A model generated the notes under the pieces. It had not been told where the DNA came from. It made no database searches and was given only the letters and a program-made list of their open reading frames with translations. The translations under genes were made by a program, and so were the position numbers. A DNA stretch of 64,000 nt from a virus (Duplodnaviria; Caudoviricetes), in the IMG/VR virus record IMGVR_UViG_3300020138_000006, positions 1 through 64,000 of that record; one strand, written 5' to 3'. Shown here one piece after another: positions 8,015 to 17,238 of this stretch. The stretch's first letter is position 1. Each line of letters begins with the position of its first letter.

Positions 8015-8934
8015 CGTGCTTCCTTCCACTCGGCGACCTGGCGGGAGACGACGACGCCGTCTCGCGTGTGCATGTTGGCGGCGAACCACCGCGCGGACCC
8101 CTCACCCGCGCTCGGCTCGATCACGGTCGTCCACGGCCAGCGGACACCCCACTCGGTCGTCGCCTCGGGGAGCAGCGCTAGCACGGCGTCGGCACATTCG
8201 CACCACTCTTCGCGCCACGAGTCGGGCAGGTCATCCCATGCGGTCAGACCGTCCGGGAAATCTCCTACCCCCCGTCGGTGCTCGTACAACGTCCGCGCAA
8301 CGACCTCACGGTCCGACCCGGTCACAGCGCCGCCCCCCACCATGCCGCACCGATCCCGAGCGAACCCGGCCTCGATGATCTTGTCGGCGTAGAACGAAGC
8401 ATCCCCACGACTGATCTCGTGGGTGCCGTCGCTGTTGTCGGAGATGGTCACCAGGTAGTTCCTGAGGAACAGGCGGTCCTCAGGATTCACGGGGTGTACG
8501 ACCTCGCCGCTCACGGCAGCACGGGTGCCGGACTCGGTCGGGATGGGCACCAGGGCGGGGCGGTGCTTGCGGACGACGGCGAGGACGGCGAGCGCGACGT
8601 GCTCGTCCCCGACGCCCCAGCCCAAGAACCGCTCTCCGCAGCGGCAGTCGATGAAGGGCTCGCCGTTGAGCAGCCTGCCGGTCGGGGCGAGGACATGCTC
8701 CAAGAGCACCGATACCACCGCCCCGACCACGGCCTCCTCGTCCCACACGGGAGCGGCAGCGGCACGGAGCCGCTTGACCTCGGCCTCGGCGGCGTCGAGC
8801 GCGTCAAGCAAGACTTCCCAACAGACCGGGCACTCAAACTCTGGCGATTCGTACTCCAAGGCACGCCTCCCATTCTCCGGTGTACTCCCCGCGCTTTCCT
8901 TGCCGAGCGCGAGCGGGTCAGTCTGGTCAGTCAC
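8011..8934 (-). CDS. Mosaic hypothetical protein
   Basis: Long ORF in a tightly overlapping leftward operon; start moved to GTG 8934. Confidence 0.6.
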   Translation of the reverse strand: MTDQTDPLALGKESAGSTPENGRRALEYESPEFECPVCWEVLLDALDAAEAEVKRLRAAAAPVWDEEAVVGAVVSVLLEHVLAPTGRLLNGEPFIDCRCGERFLGWGVGDEHVALAVLAVVRKHRPALVPIPTESGTRAAVSGEVVHPVNPEDRLFLRNYLVTISDNSDGTHEISRGDASFYADKIIEAGFARDRCGMVGGGAVTGSDREVVARTLYEHRRGVGDFPDGLTAWDDLPDSWREEWCECADAVLALLPEATTEWGVRWPWTTVIEPSAGEGSARWFAANMHTRDGVVVSRQVAEWKEAR

Positions 8935-9706
8935 TGGTGATCTCCTGTCGGGCGAGCCAGTCGGCGGCACGGTTCGTGACGCCGAACTTCTCGCGGATGA
9001 GGTTGACGCAGCGGGCGCGCTCCTCGGTGCGCTCGCGGTGCCGCTGGTCACGGACCCGCTCGACTTCGGCCAGGACGTCGTCGCGCTCCCTCATCACGTC
9101 GGCCGCGATCTTCTCAGCGGACGCGATGCGCTCGCTCATCGTGGCCTCCCGGTTCGTCAGCGCCGCCCGCAGCCGCTCGACCTCAGCCTCAGCGGCGTCG
9201 AGCGCGGTGAGCACAGCGGTCAGGTCGCGCCCGGCACTCGCTATGAAGATCGCGTCGGGGTGACGGATGCCAACGACGTCGGCCCGGTAGACCCTGGGGT
9301 CCTCGCGGGTGGTGGCTTCGGGCGCAACCTCGTAGACGGCGAGATCGCGCGCGTCGACGAGCGCGAGGTCACCGATGAGCTGGAGCCGGGGGTCCTGCAT
9401 GGGCTCGCCGAAGCTGTCGACGGCCCAGTCGGCGACGACCTGCTCAGGGTCGCCTAGTCCATACTCCTCGGCCGAGGAGCGGACCCGGTCGGCGGCGGGG
9501 CCGAGGATCGAGCGATCCTCGTGGCCGATGGAGAGCACCACACGGCGACCAGCGCCGGAGACCCAGGTCGCGAGGTAGGGCTCGCCCATGTCGGTATTTC
9601 CGGCCCAGTGCCAGGACGCGGCATTGGTCGCTGCCGCCAGTCGGGCGCGGATCTCGTCGCAGTCCTCACGGGACAGCCCGGTCACCGCGCCGAAGTCCCC
9701 GCTCAT
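8927..9706 (-). CDS. Hypothetical protein, Ead/Ea22-like
   Basis: EIRARLAAAT..WHW and HPDAIFIASAGRDLTAVLTALDAAEAEVERLR pattern. Confidence 0.6.
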   Translation of the reverse strand: MSGDFGAVTGLSREDCDEIRARLAAATNAASWHWAGNTDMGEPYLATWVSGAGRRVVLSIGHEDRSILGPAADRVRSSAEEYGLGDPEQVVADWAVDSFGEPMQDPRLQLIGDLALVDARDLAVYEVAPEATTREDPRVYRADVVGIRHPDAIFIASAGRDLTAVLTALDAAEAEVERLRAALTNREATMSERIASAEKIAADVMRERDDVLAEVERVRDQRHRERTEERARCVNLIREKFGVTNRAADWLARQEITSD

Positions 9707-10098
9707 GGCAGCACCACGTCGTGCACGTCAGTGATGTCCTCGGCGCCGTGGACGTCCCGTCCGACGACCTGTGCGGCGGTGACGTAGGGGAGCTCGGTGC
9801 TGTACGAGACCATCACGATCTGGTCCGGCACGCCGCGCACCGTCGCTCGGAAGCGAGTGCCCGGGATCGTCGGGATGGATGTCGTCGGTGCGGGCTTGTG
9901 CGCGCGGACGCGGACGAAATCCGCAGGCTCGCCGTAGCTCCAGCGGATCACCTGGCCCGCTGCGCACAGGTGATTCCCATTCTCGGTCACCTCGTGCCAG
10001 ACCTTGATGCTCAGCCAAGGGTCGCTGATGCTCCAGCGCACGTCGATCTTCACCAGGTCCCCGGGCTTGATCTTGGTCACGTCGATCTCGTTGCTCAC
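9703..10098 (-). CDS. Hypothetical protein
   Basis: Operon-consistent ORF with a 4-nt overlap. Confidence 0.65.
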   Translation of the reverse strand: MSNEIDVTKIKPGDLVKIDVRWSISDPWLSIKVWHEVTENGNHLCAAGQVIRWSYGEPADFVRVRAHKPAPTTSIPTIPGTRFRATVRGVPDQIVMVSYSTELPYVTAAQVVGRDVHGAEDITDVHDVVLP

Positions 10099-10101
10099 CG
10101 C

Positions 10102-10332
10102 TCAGTCCTCCTTCTCGTGGGGGTTGACGAAGCGTGGTCCGTCGTCGCCTCCGACGCCCTGTCGGAGACCGTCGCGGAAGCCCTTATCCCACGCGAGGGC
10201 CCTGATCGCACGGTCATGCGCAGCGAGCCACCGGTCAAACTCGGCATGCTCTGTGTTGGCGTGACGAGACATCCGGCTGTACGAGCCCCGCACCTCATCG
10301 GTCGTCGGCGTGTAGTCATCCACGCTTGTCAC
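10102..10332 (-). CDS. Hypothetical phage protein
   Basis: AEFDRWLAAHDR..AWDKG motif common in actinophages. Confidence 0.7.
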   Translation of the reverse strand: MTSVDDYTPTTDEVRGSYSRMSRHANTEHAEFDRWLAAHDRAIRALAWDKGFRDGLRQGVGGDDGPRFVNPHEKED

Positions 10333-10642
10333 CCTTCTTGTCGAGGTAAGGGTTGTCGTCCAGCGACGTCACGACGATGTCGTCGTTGTTCAGTGCGGCC
10401 AGCTGCTGGGTGTCGAACAGGTACGAGTAGCCCTCGTCCCATGCTTCGGCCTTGACAGCTCGCAGCCAGGCGGTCTTCTCCAGCAGTTCCACCTGCTTCC
10501 CGTCGGTGCAGAAGGGCCAGAGTGAGGCCAGCACCTTCGGGCACCGAGGGTTACTGGCGCACGTGCAGTCGTAGCCACCGTCCCCGACCTCAGGGCAGAC
10601 ACCACAGCATCCAGCGGGTCGGTCGTTTCGGTTGTCGCTCAT
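10316..10642 (-). CDS. Cys-rich hypothetical protein
   Basis: ATG 10642 after GAGGAGGA; CCGVC..YDCTC..C motif. Confidence 0.6.
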   Translation of the reverse strand: MSDNRNDRPAGCCGVCPEVGDGGYDCTCASNPRCPKVLASLWPFCTDGKQVELLEKTAWLRAVKAEAWDEGYSYLFDTQQLAALNNDDIVVTSLDDNPYLDKKGDKRG

Positions 10643-10654
10643 GAGCTCGTCCTC

Positions 10655-10683
10655 CTCTTGTGGTGTGCACTCTTGTGGTGTGC
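10655..10683. repeat. Direct repeat CTCTTGTGGTGTGC x2
   Basis: 14-bp exact repeat with a 15-bp period, next to the RBS of the leftward operon. Confidence 0.75.
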
Positions 10684-10915
10684 GTGGCTTCCGGGTTCCG
10701 ACGATGGACGGGCGAGGCACGAGCGAGCCCCGTTCACCCGTGGGCCACGGACTGGGGACCACTCGCGCGTCCCAGGTCCTGCGGAACTGGATCTGCCGTT
10801 CGGCTTCACCGCTCACCCATGCGCTCCGATCCAGAGTTGTGTTTCATGCAACAGGATGGTGTACGCGCTCGCGATCGACCTAGCCCCTGCGTTTTCCGCG
10901 CCCGTGGAAACCTAT

Positions 10916-10941
10916 GAGATTTGCGCTAGCGCGGAGATCTC
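10916..10941. promoter_or_regulatory. Palindromic motif, putative operator
   Basis: GAGATTTGCGCTAGCGCGGAGATCTC in the divergent intergenic region. Confidence 0.65.
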
Positions 10942-10984
10942 ACGGTGTTGCCTGTCGATCGGGAGCCGCTCTAGGCTCGGCATC

Positions 10985-11155
10985 CACGGGGGCAGGGGGC
11001 AAGGGGCAGGGCGCAGCTCACAACCCCGTAGGGGCTTGGAGCTCGGAGCGAGCGAAGCGAGTCCCGAAAGCGCAGAGGGTCGGACTTCGGGCCCGCCTTC
11101 GGCGGGCATTGCCGCCGCGCCTGACGGCGCGTCGGACTCGGGCTTCGCCCTCGTG
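10985..11155. other. Hairpin-dense non-coding element (structured RNA, or origin/packaging site)
   Basis: Stems GCCCGCC-TTC-GGCGGGC, CGCGCC-TGAC-GGCGCG, GGGC-TTC-GCCC and CCCC-GTA-GGGG, plus a GAGCGAGCGAAGCGAG tract; no credible ORF. Confidence 0.4.
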
Positions 11156-11242
11156 TCTTTGGATACACATGATGCTGCAGGAAGAACTGGTCTAGATCAG
11201 TAAGTACGCGTGCGCGTGCGCGCGCGAGGGAGAGGGGTCCGC

Positions 11243-12115
11243 GTGAGTGCCTACGGGAAGAGCTTCGCCGCACCGCCGCGCCCGGCCCCCGTCGGGTCCG
11301 CCCGAGTGCCTCGACGCCAGGCCGTCAACGCGGCCCCGAAGGTCCAGGCCCATCCGATGCTGAAGTGGCGCGTCGTCGGGCTTCACGGCTTCTCGGCCCC
11401 GGTGCTTGCTCGCACGGGCCTCCAGGCGTCGGATTCGATTGCGTCAGGCATGGTCCTGAGCGATGACATCGTCGCCATCGTTCCGAACGGCCACACGGGC
11501 AGCGAGCCTGTGACTGAGCTCTGGTCGTCGGACATGACGCGGTTCGTCGGCGATCCGTGGGATGCAGAGTCCGGGCAGTCGACCCTGCTGCGAGACGTCG
11601 CGGTCCGCACCCGTGTGGTTGAAGGACGCGAGCTGGCGGAAGGGAAGGCGGCCGCGAGGGAGACCTTCGTGTCGAACAACGCCTGGGGCGGCATTTCCCC
11701 TTGGCCGAATGTGGTGGCGAGCGTGCGGCGCCTGCCTGGGGCATTCGTCTTGCCTGTGGAGATCTCTACTAGGCCGCGCACCATCGCTCACTACGTGAAC
11801 GCCCTGGCCGCGCTTCAGTCCGCTGAGGCCGGCACCTCGGATGGCCACCCGTTGTCCACTCGGCTCCTCGCGCAGTGGCAGAAGCACATCGAAGCTGTCC
11901 GCGCCGCCATTCCCCTTGCCGAGATGGCTCTGCCTGGGCTCCGCGAGGGAGACGGGCGCCCTGGGGACGGGGCAGACATGACTCTGGAGAAGGCGCTGAG
12001 TCTGCGTGATGCGCGCGCCGTCCGGGGGTGGCTGAACGCAGCGCGCATGGTCGTCAGGGCGTCCGAGCCTGAGATCTCCAGAGGCGTGCGCGCGTCCTTC
12101 GATCTCGGCGGATGA
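11243..12115 (+). CDS. Hypothetical protein, first gene of the rightward packaging operon
   Basis: GTG after GGGAGAGGGG; about 290 codons. Confidence 0.65.
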   Translation: MSAYGKSFAAPPRPAPVGSARVPRRQAVNAAPKVQAHPMLKWRVVGLHGFSAPVLARTGLQASDSIASGMVLSDDIVAIVPNGHTGSEPVTELWSSDMTRFVGDPWDAESGQSTLLRDVAVRTRVVEGRELAEGKAAARETFVSNNAWGGISPWPNVVASVRRLPGAFVLPVEISTRPRTIAHYVNALAALQSAEAGTSDGHPLSTRLLAQWQKHIEAVRAAIPLAEMALPGLREGDGRPGDGADMTLEKALSLRDARAVRGWLNAARMVVRASEPEISRGVRASFDLGG

Positions 12116-12181
12116 CGTTTTCCGCGACCGCTAAAATCTCACGGTCCCATCGTTGTGCGCAGTGCAACCCATGATTGACGC

Positions 12182-12931
12182 ATGGGTGGAAAGGGATCCG
12201 GTCGCAGACCTCGGGCCGAGACGATCGCACGCGAGATCGAGAAGCAGCGCGTGGTGGCGCAAGGCCAGGCGGCGGTTGCTGACGAGATGGAGTCCGAGCT
12301 GGAGTTCGTTCCGACTCCCGTCAAGCTCCAGTACGTGAAGCAGCCGACCGGGTCCACCATCCAGGTGCAGGGGGACGCTGAGAGGGAGTTCTACGAGCGT
12401 CAGCGCGACAACTACATGCAGCAGTACAAGTTCACCGAGGTGTCGGACCTGTCGGACCTCGACGCGCTGCTCCTGCACGAGACGCTGGACTTCCGTTACA
12501 CCTCTCAGCTTGCCAGCGGCAAGGCCTACGACGGCAGGGCGCTGGTGTTCGGCGAGGAGGAGCAGTTCCGCCAGAACAAGCTCGCCGAGGCGAAGGTCAT
12601 CGGAGACCTGAAGCGTCAGCTCGGCATCACGCGCGCGGCCCGCGACCAGCAGCAGGGGAACGTCGCGGACTACATCCGCGAGCTCCAGCGCAGAGCCAAG
12701 GAGTTCGGCGTCTACCGCGACGAGCAGAGATCGTTGTCCATCTCTTTGATGAAGGAACTGGAGTCCATCGTCACGACCTGGCAGCGCTCGAACGAGACTG
12801 AGCGGCGCGTCGTCGGCATCGAGACCGAGGCTGACATCGTCACGTGGATCCTGGACACGATGCTCCCCAGGCTTCACGCGTTCGAGGCGGCGTTCCTTGC
12901 GGAGCAGAAGAAGTGGCGGGCCGACCTGTGA
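12182..12931 (+). CDS. Putative terminase small subunit
   Basis: N-terminal MGGKGSGRRP; helical; upstream of terminase large subunit. Confidence 0.55.
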   Translation: MGGKGSGRRPRAETIAREIEKQRVVAQGQAAVADEMESELEFVPTPVKLQYVKQPTGSTIQVQGDAEREFYERQRDNYMQQYKFTEVSDLSDLDALLLHETLDFRYTSQLASGKAYDGRALVFGEEEQFRQNKLAEAKVIGDLKRQLGITRAARDQQQGNVADYIRELQRRAKEFGVYRDEQRSLSISLMKELESIVTTWQRSNETERRVVGIETEADIVTWILDTMLPRLHAFEAAFLAEQKKWRADL

Positions 12932-13482
12932 GCGAACCATGGAGGGACCACTTCGACGATCTGCCGCCGTCGTTCCATCGGCTGCTCGCAGACCTCATGG
13001 TCGAGGCACAGGCGGTCCCGGGGAGGCGGGCGGCCAGGAAGGTCAACCCCGACGGCGAGTCCATGCAGGACATCGTGAACGTCGTCTATCCGAGGCGGTC
13101 GGTGAAGCCCTTCGGTGAAGCGCTGAAGGATGCCACGAAGTACAGCCAGGGGGCCGTGGCGCATCTCGCCGGCATGAACCGGGGCAACCTCGCTCGGATG
13201 GTCGCGGGCCAGGAGCCCTTTACGAAGGACAAGATCGAGCGCATCGCTCGTGCGATCCGCGTCGACCCGGCCTACTTCCACGAGTACAGGGTCCTGGCCA
13301 TCCACGAGATGATCGATGCGGTCCTGTCTCCTGAGCAGAGCCTGCGCCTGTTCGGCCCGACAGAGCCAGATCACCGCGAGCAGCCGCGACCGAAGGGTCT
13401 GAACGCTCCGGACGGGTTCCGGCTCGTTGGCAAGAGCGCTGTTGCCAACGCCGCAACGAGGCGTCGAGCGGCTAGCGCATGA
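12928..13482 (+). CDS. XRE/Cro-C1-type HTH protein
   Basis: YSQGAVAHLAGMNRGNLARMVAG..KIERIARAIRVDPAYF; GTGA overlap. Confidence 0.75.
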   Translation: MSEPWRDHFDDLPPSFHRLLADLMVEAQAVPGRRAARKVNPDGESMQDIVNVVYPRRSVKPFGEALKDATKYSQGAVAHLAGMNRGNLARMVAGQEPFTKDKIERIARAIRVDPAYFHEYRVLAIHEMIDAVLSPEQSLRLFGPTEPDHREQPRPKGLNAPDGFRLVGKSAVANAATRRRAASA

Positions 13483-15107
13483 CCGCGCTCGCACAACTGA
13501 CTGACGAGGAAGAGGCCCTCTTCCAGATCCTCATGGATCCGACCGGCGTCGACATCGCCGAGTTCCTCCTGGAGGACATGGACACCACTGGTGACCCGCT
13601 TCGCTTGTGGCCGTTCCAGTGGCCCTGGACGCACTCGGGCGAAAAGTACGAGGTCGACCAGCTGGCCCGACAGACAGGCAAGAGTCAGAGCGTCGTCTGG
13701 AAGGCGATGGCCCATGCGTTCCAGAACCCGGGGCAGGAGATGCTGCTCGTCGCCCCGCAGCTCAACCACCTCGAACTGCTCACGGCCAAGATCGAGCAGG
13801 CGTTCAACGACGTCCGGCTCCTCAACGAGATGCGGCCCAAGACTGCGTCGAAGGGCCTGAAGAAGAGCCCCCACTGGCAGATGACCTTCCTCAACGCGGC
13901 GCAGATCATCTCCCGACTGGCGTCCTCTCCGGCTGCGATGAAGGGCCCACACCCTGTCGTGATCGAAGGGGACGAAGTTCAGGATTGGATCTACGAGTCG
14001 TATCTAGAACTCATTGAAACGGTAAAGACGAACCACCCGAACATGTCCTGGCGGATGCACGGCGTGTCGAAGGGTGTCGGGCGCGACCTCCACTTCCGCC
14101 TCACCCAGGGGGAGATCGATGGGTCGAGCTTCCATGTCCACCACTACATCGCGGCACACCGCCCGACCTGGACGGACGAGGAGCGCCAGGCGAAGATCAA
14201 GCAGTACGGCGGCGACGAGTCCCACCCGGACTACCAGCGCAACGTGCTCGGTTTGCCAGCCGACGCCGGGACGACACTGTTCGTTGCTGCGCGCCTCATG
14301 GCGTGCGTCCGCATACAGGAGTCCGAGTGGGCGGTGGAGTACAACAACGATGTCTACCGGTGCGTCAAGATCTCTGACGCACTCTTGACGCGGGTCCGCA
14401 AGCACGGGCAGGAGATCGAGAGCCTCATCGACGTCCCCATCTCGCACCTGCGCGACGAGTACGTGTCGTACTGGGCGGGTGCTGACATCGGCTTCACGAA
14501 CGACCCGACTGAGATTCTCGTCTTCGGCACGACCCGCAAGGGCGTTGACCGCCTTCTGCTGCGAGTGCAGCTGGAGCGCATCACGGCCAAGGATCAGGTC
14601 GCTGTGGTCAAGTTCCTGTTCGACTCCTACGGCTCGAAGCTGAAGCGCTTCGGCCTGGACCGCACGGGCGTCGGGCTGCCGCTCTTCCAGGACCTGAGGG
14701 ACGTCAAGGACATCTCGTCGCGCGTCGTGGGCTACAACTTCTCCGAGAACCGCGCAGTGGAGTTCGATGATCGCGACCTGAAGCCGGGGGAGAAGCAGGA
14801 GGACCTCGTCATCAAGCGCAACATCAAGGATCACGCGACCGACCTGCTTCGCAAGAGCGTCGACCAGCAGAAGCTGGAGCTCCCGTACGACAAGGACATC
14901 CTCACCGAGTGGGGTGGAGCCACCTCCTACATCATCAAGACGAACCCGGATGACGACGGGACGAAGCGTCGCTATGGCGGCGGGTCCCTGCACACGCTGG
15001 ACGCAGCTCGGATGTACGCGGCAGCCAAGGGGCTGATGGCCATCGAGGAGATGCTGAACGCCGTGCCCAAGCAGGAGGACGTCATCGACCAGTTCGTCTA
15101 CTTCTGA
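13479..15107 (+). CDS. Terminase large subunit
   Basis: Walker A LARQTGKS, Walker B IEGDE, nuclease GADIG and HTLDAARM. Confidence 0.9.
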   Translation: MTALAQLTDEEEALFQILMDPTGVDIAEFLLEDMDTTGDPLRLWPFQWPWTHSGEKYEVDQLARQTGKSQSVVWKAMAHAFQNPGQEMLLVAPQLNHLELLTAKIEQAFNDVRLLNEMRPKTASKGLKKSPHWQMTFLNAAQIISRLASSPAAMKGPHPVVIEGDEVQDWIYESYLELIETVKTNHPNMSWRMHGVSKGVGRDLHFRLTQGEIDGSSFHVHHYIAAHRPTWTDEERQAKIKQYGGDESHPDYQRNVLGLPADAGTTLFVAARLMACVRIQESEWAVEYNNDVYRCVKISDALLTRVRKHGQEIESLIDVPISHLRDEYVSYWAGADIGFTNDPTEILVFGTTRKGVDRLLLRVQLERITAKDQVAVVKFLFDSYGSKLKRFGLDRTGVGLPLFQDLRDVKDISSRVVGYNFSENRAVEFDDRDLKPGEKQEDLVIKRNIKDHATDLLRKSVDQQKLELPYDKDILTEWGGATSYIIKTNPDDDGTKRRYGGGSLHTLDAARMYAAAKGLMAIEEMLNAVPKQEDVIDQFVYF

Positions 15108-15163
15108 TCCGGCTCGTTCCGCTTCGTTTTCGGTCGAGTGACCAGGGTGTGCCAGCAGGAAGC

Positions 15164-15583
15164 GTGAGTCCGGGATCTCTGTTCCGCCGTGATGTCCCTG
15201 CGGCGGAGCCTGACGCGCCCGAGTCCGAGTTCCAGCCCATCGCGGGATCCACCGCGAGCACGGGCATCGCGCCGCTCGGAGCCGGACTCGGTTCGCGGCA
15301 GGACATCCAGGCCGAGCTCGACGCCATCGCTCAGAGCATCCGGGGCTTCCACCTCCTGCCGCCCGACACGGTGCTGCGCCTTTGCTCGGCATACGGGGCG
15401 CGACTGTCGGAGCTCTCGGTCCTCCTGCACCGGAGCGAGATGGCGGGGAACCGCAACTACGTGCGCATCCGGACGATGCAGGTCGGCATCTTCGCCGAGC
15501 AGATCGAGTTCCAGTTCAAGGTCCACAGCAGGCTCGTGGAGCTGCAGCGTCAGGACATCGCGATGCTTGGGGGTGCTGTCTGA
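15164..15583 (+). CDS. Hypothetical helical protein between terminase and portal
   Basis: Operon-consistent ORF with a TGATG junction. Confidence 0.6.
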   Translation: MSPGSLFRRDVPAAEPDAPESEFQPIAGSTASTGIAPLGAGLGSRQDIQAELDAIAQSIRGFHLLPPDTVLRLCSAYGARLSELSVLLHRSEMAGNRNYVRIRTMQVGIFAEQIEFQFKVHSRLVELQRQDIAMLGGAV

Positions 15584-17238
15584 TGCCGGCGATCGACACC
15601 GGCGAGGTCGGGGTGGGCTGGGAGAACCAGTCTGATCTCCCAGACTGGCAGGTGCTCCCCACGGTCCGTGAGATCGCTTCCCAGTTGCAGTCGTGGGTCC
15701 GGGAGAACCGTGCCCAGCGCGGCCAGAACGGCTTCTGGATGCGCACGAAGTACGCCACGAAGGACACGCCGTACGAGGTGATGAGGACGGCCAAGCGTGC
15801 CGTTCAGGACGACGACATCGTCTCCGCTGCGTTCGACGTCACCGAGGCGTTGACCCTGCAGGGGGTCGGGTGGGAGGACGCCGACGTTGCATCGGCCGAC
15901 ATCCTCAACCAGATCTCGGCCGACATCGACCTCGACACCTATGCGCGCAGTGCGTACCGAGATCTGGCGACCTACAGCCAGGTCGTCAGTGCCGTCTGGT
16001 GGGAGACGCGCGAGATGAAGCCGCGCGTCCGCTCGGGGGCGAAGCGGACGAAGACCGGGGCCCAGGCACCAGGTCGCAAGTCGTACAGCCTGGTCGTGCC
16101 TACGAAGATCATCACCCTCGACCCCATGCACGTCGTGCCGATCGGCAACCGGTACTTCGGCGAGGACCGGCTCGCGTGGCACGCCACGGATGAGCTCCTC
16201 GAAGCGTGGGCGGGCGTCGACAACGGGACGGTCAACGACGCGACGCTCTCGAACCTCTTCATCGGCCGGTACACGCCGAGCGAGGACGAGAAGGAGTGGA
16301 TGGGCGACGCGGGGATCGACACCTCGAAGCTCATGGAGCTCAATCCGCGGTCTGTCTGGCGGCACACCGCGACCCGGTCGAAGTACGAGCTCTTCCCGGA
16401 CTTCCGCATGCGCAGCATCTTCCGTCTGCTCGACATGAAGCAGCAGCTCATGGAGTCGGATCGGGTCATGCTGGTCGGCGCCGCCAACTACCTGCTCATC
16501 GTGAAGAAGGGCACCGACGCGCAGCCGGGTACCGCGAAGGAGATCGCTGCGCTGCAGCAGAACTTCTCGGTCATGGCCAAGCTGCCGGTCATCGTCTCCG
16601 ACCACCGCCTGGAGATCGAGATCGTCTCCCCGAAGCTCGACCTGACGCTCGTCGACAAGAAGTACGACCTCCTCGACGGCAGGATCCTCGCGAACCTGTT
16701 CCGTGCGCCCGAAGTCAACTCTGGCGCACGCGGTGACCAGACGGCGGGTACCACCTCACGGATGATGGCGCGCCATCTGGAGAACCAGCGACACATGCTC
16801 CGACGGAGCATCGAGAGGCACATCGGCCAGGAGGTCTGGCGCCGTAACAGGCGAGCCTTGGACGACTTCTCGGACCAGGCTCCCTCGCTCGTGTTCATGC
16901 CCCGACACGTACAACTCGACAACGACTCGCAGTTCACCCAGCTCGTGATGGCTGCCCGTCAGCAGCGCGACCTGTCTCGCGAGTCGTTCCTGGAGTTCAT
17001 GGGTTACGACCAGGCGGCCGAGGCGCGTCGTGTCGAGCGCGAGGCAGTGGAGTACGACGACATCTTCAAGACGGTCGTTCCGTTCTCGAAGGCCGGTGAC
17101 GGGGGCGACGGGGAGCCGAGTGCAGTCGCTGGCGCCCGCGGCGGCCGTCCGCAGGGCGGTGGGTCTTCGCCCAGGTCGGCGCAGGGTCAGGTCAAGAAGC
17201 GCACCGCATCCGGTGCGCCGTCCGTCGGAGGTTCGTGA
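15583..17238 (+). CDS. Portal protein (putative)
   Basis: About 550 aa, positioned after the terminase and before protease, scaffold and capsid. Confidence 0.75.
   Translation: MPAIDTGEVGVGWENQSDLPDWQVLPTVREIASQLQSWVRENRAQRGQNGFWMRTKYATKDTPYEVMRTAKRAVQDDDIVSAAFDVTEALTLQGVGWEDADVASADILNQISADIDLDTYARSAYRDLATYSQVVSAVWWETREMKPRVRSGAKRTKTGAQAPGRKSYSLVVPTKIITLDPMHVVPIGNRYFGEDRLAWHATDELLEAWAGVDNGTVNDATLSNLFIGRYTPSEDEKEWMGDAGIDTSKLMELNPRSVWRHTATRSKYELFPDFRMRSIFRLLDMKQQLMESDRVMLVGAANYLLIVKKGTDAQPGTAKEIAALQQNFSVMAKLPVIVSDHRLEIEIVSPKLDLTLVDKKYDLLDGRILANLFRAPEVNSGARGDQTAGTTSRMMARHLENQRHMLRRSIERHIGQEVWRRNRRALDDFSDQAPSLVFMPRHVQLDNDSQFTQLVMAARQQRDLSRESFLEFMGYDQAAEARRVEREAVEYDDIFKTVVPFSKAGDGGDGEPSAVAGARGGRPQGGGSSPRSAQGQVKKRTASGAPSVGGS

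Noticed and set aside
13479-15107. Intein or intron in the terminase (also checked in the primase-helicase)
   Set aside because: Lengths are normal; no C/S...HN splice motifs or LAGLIDADG insert seen
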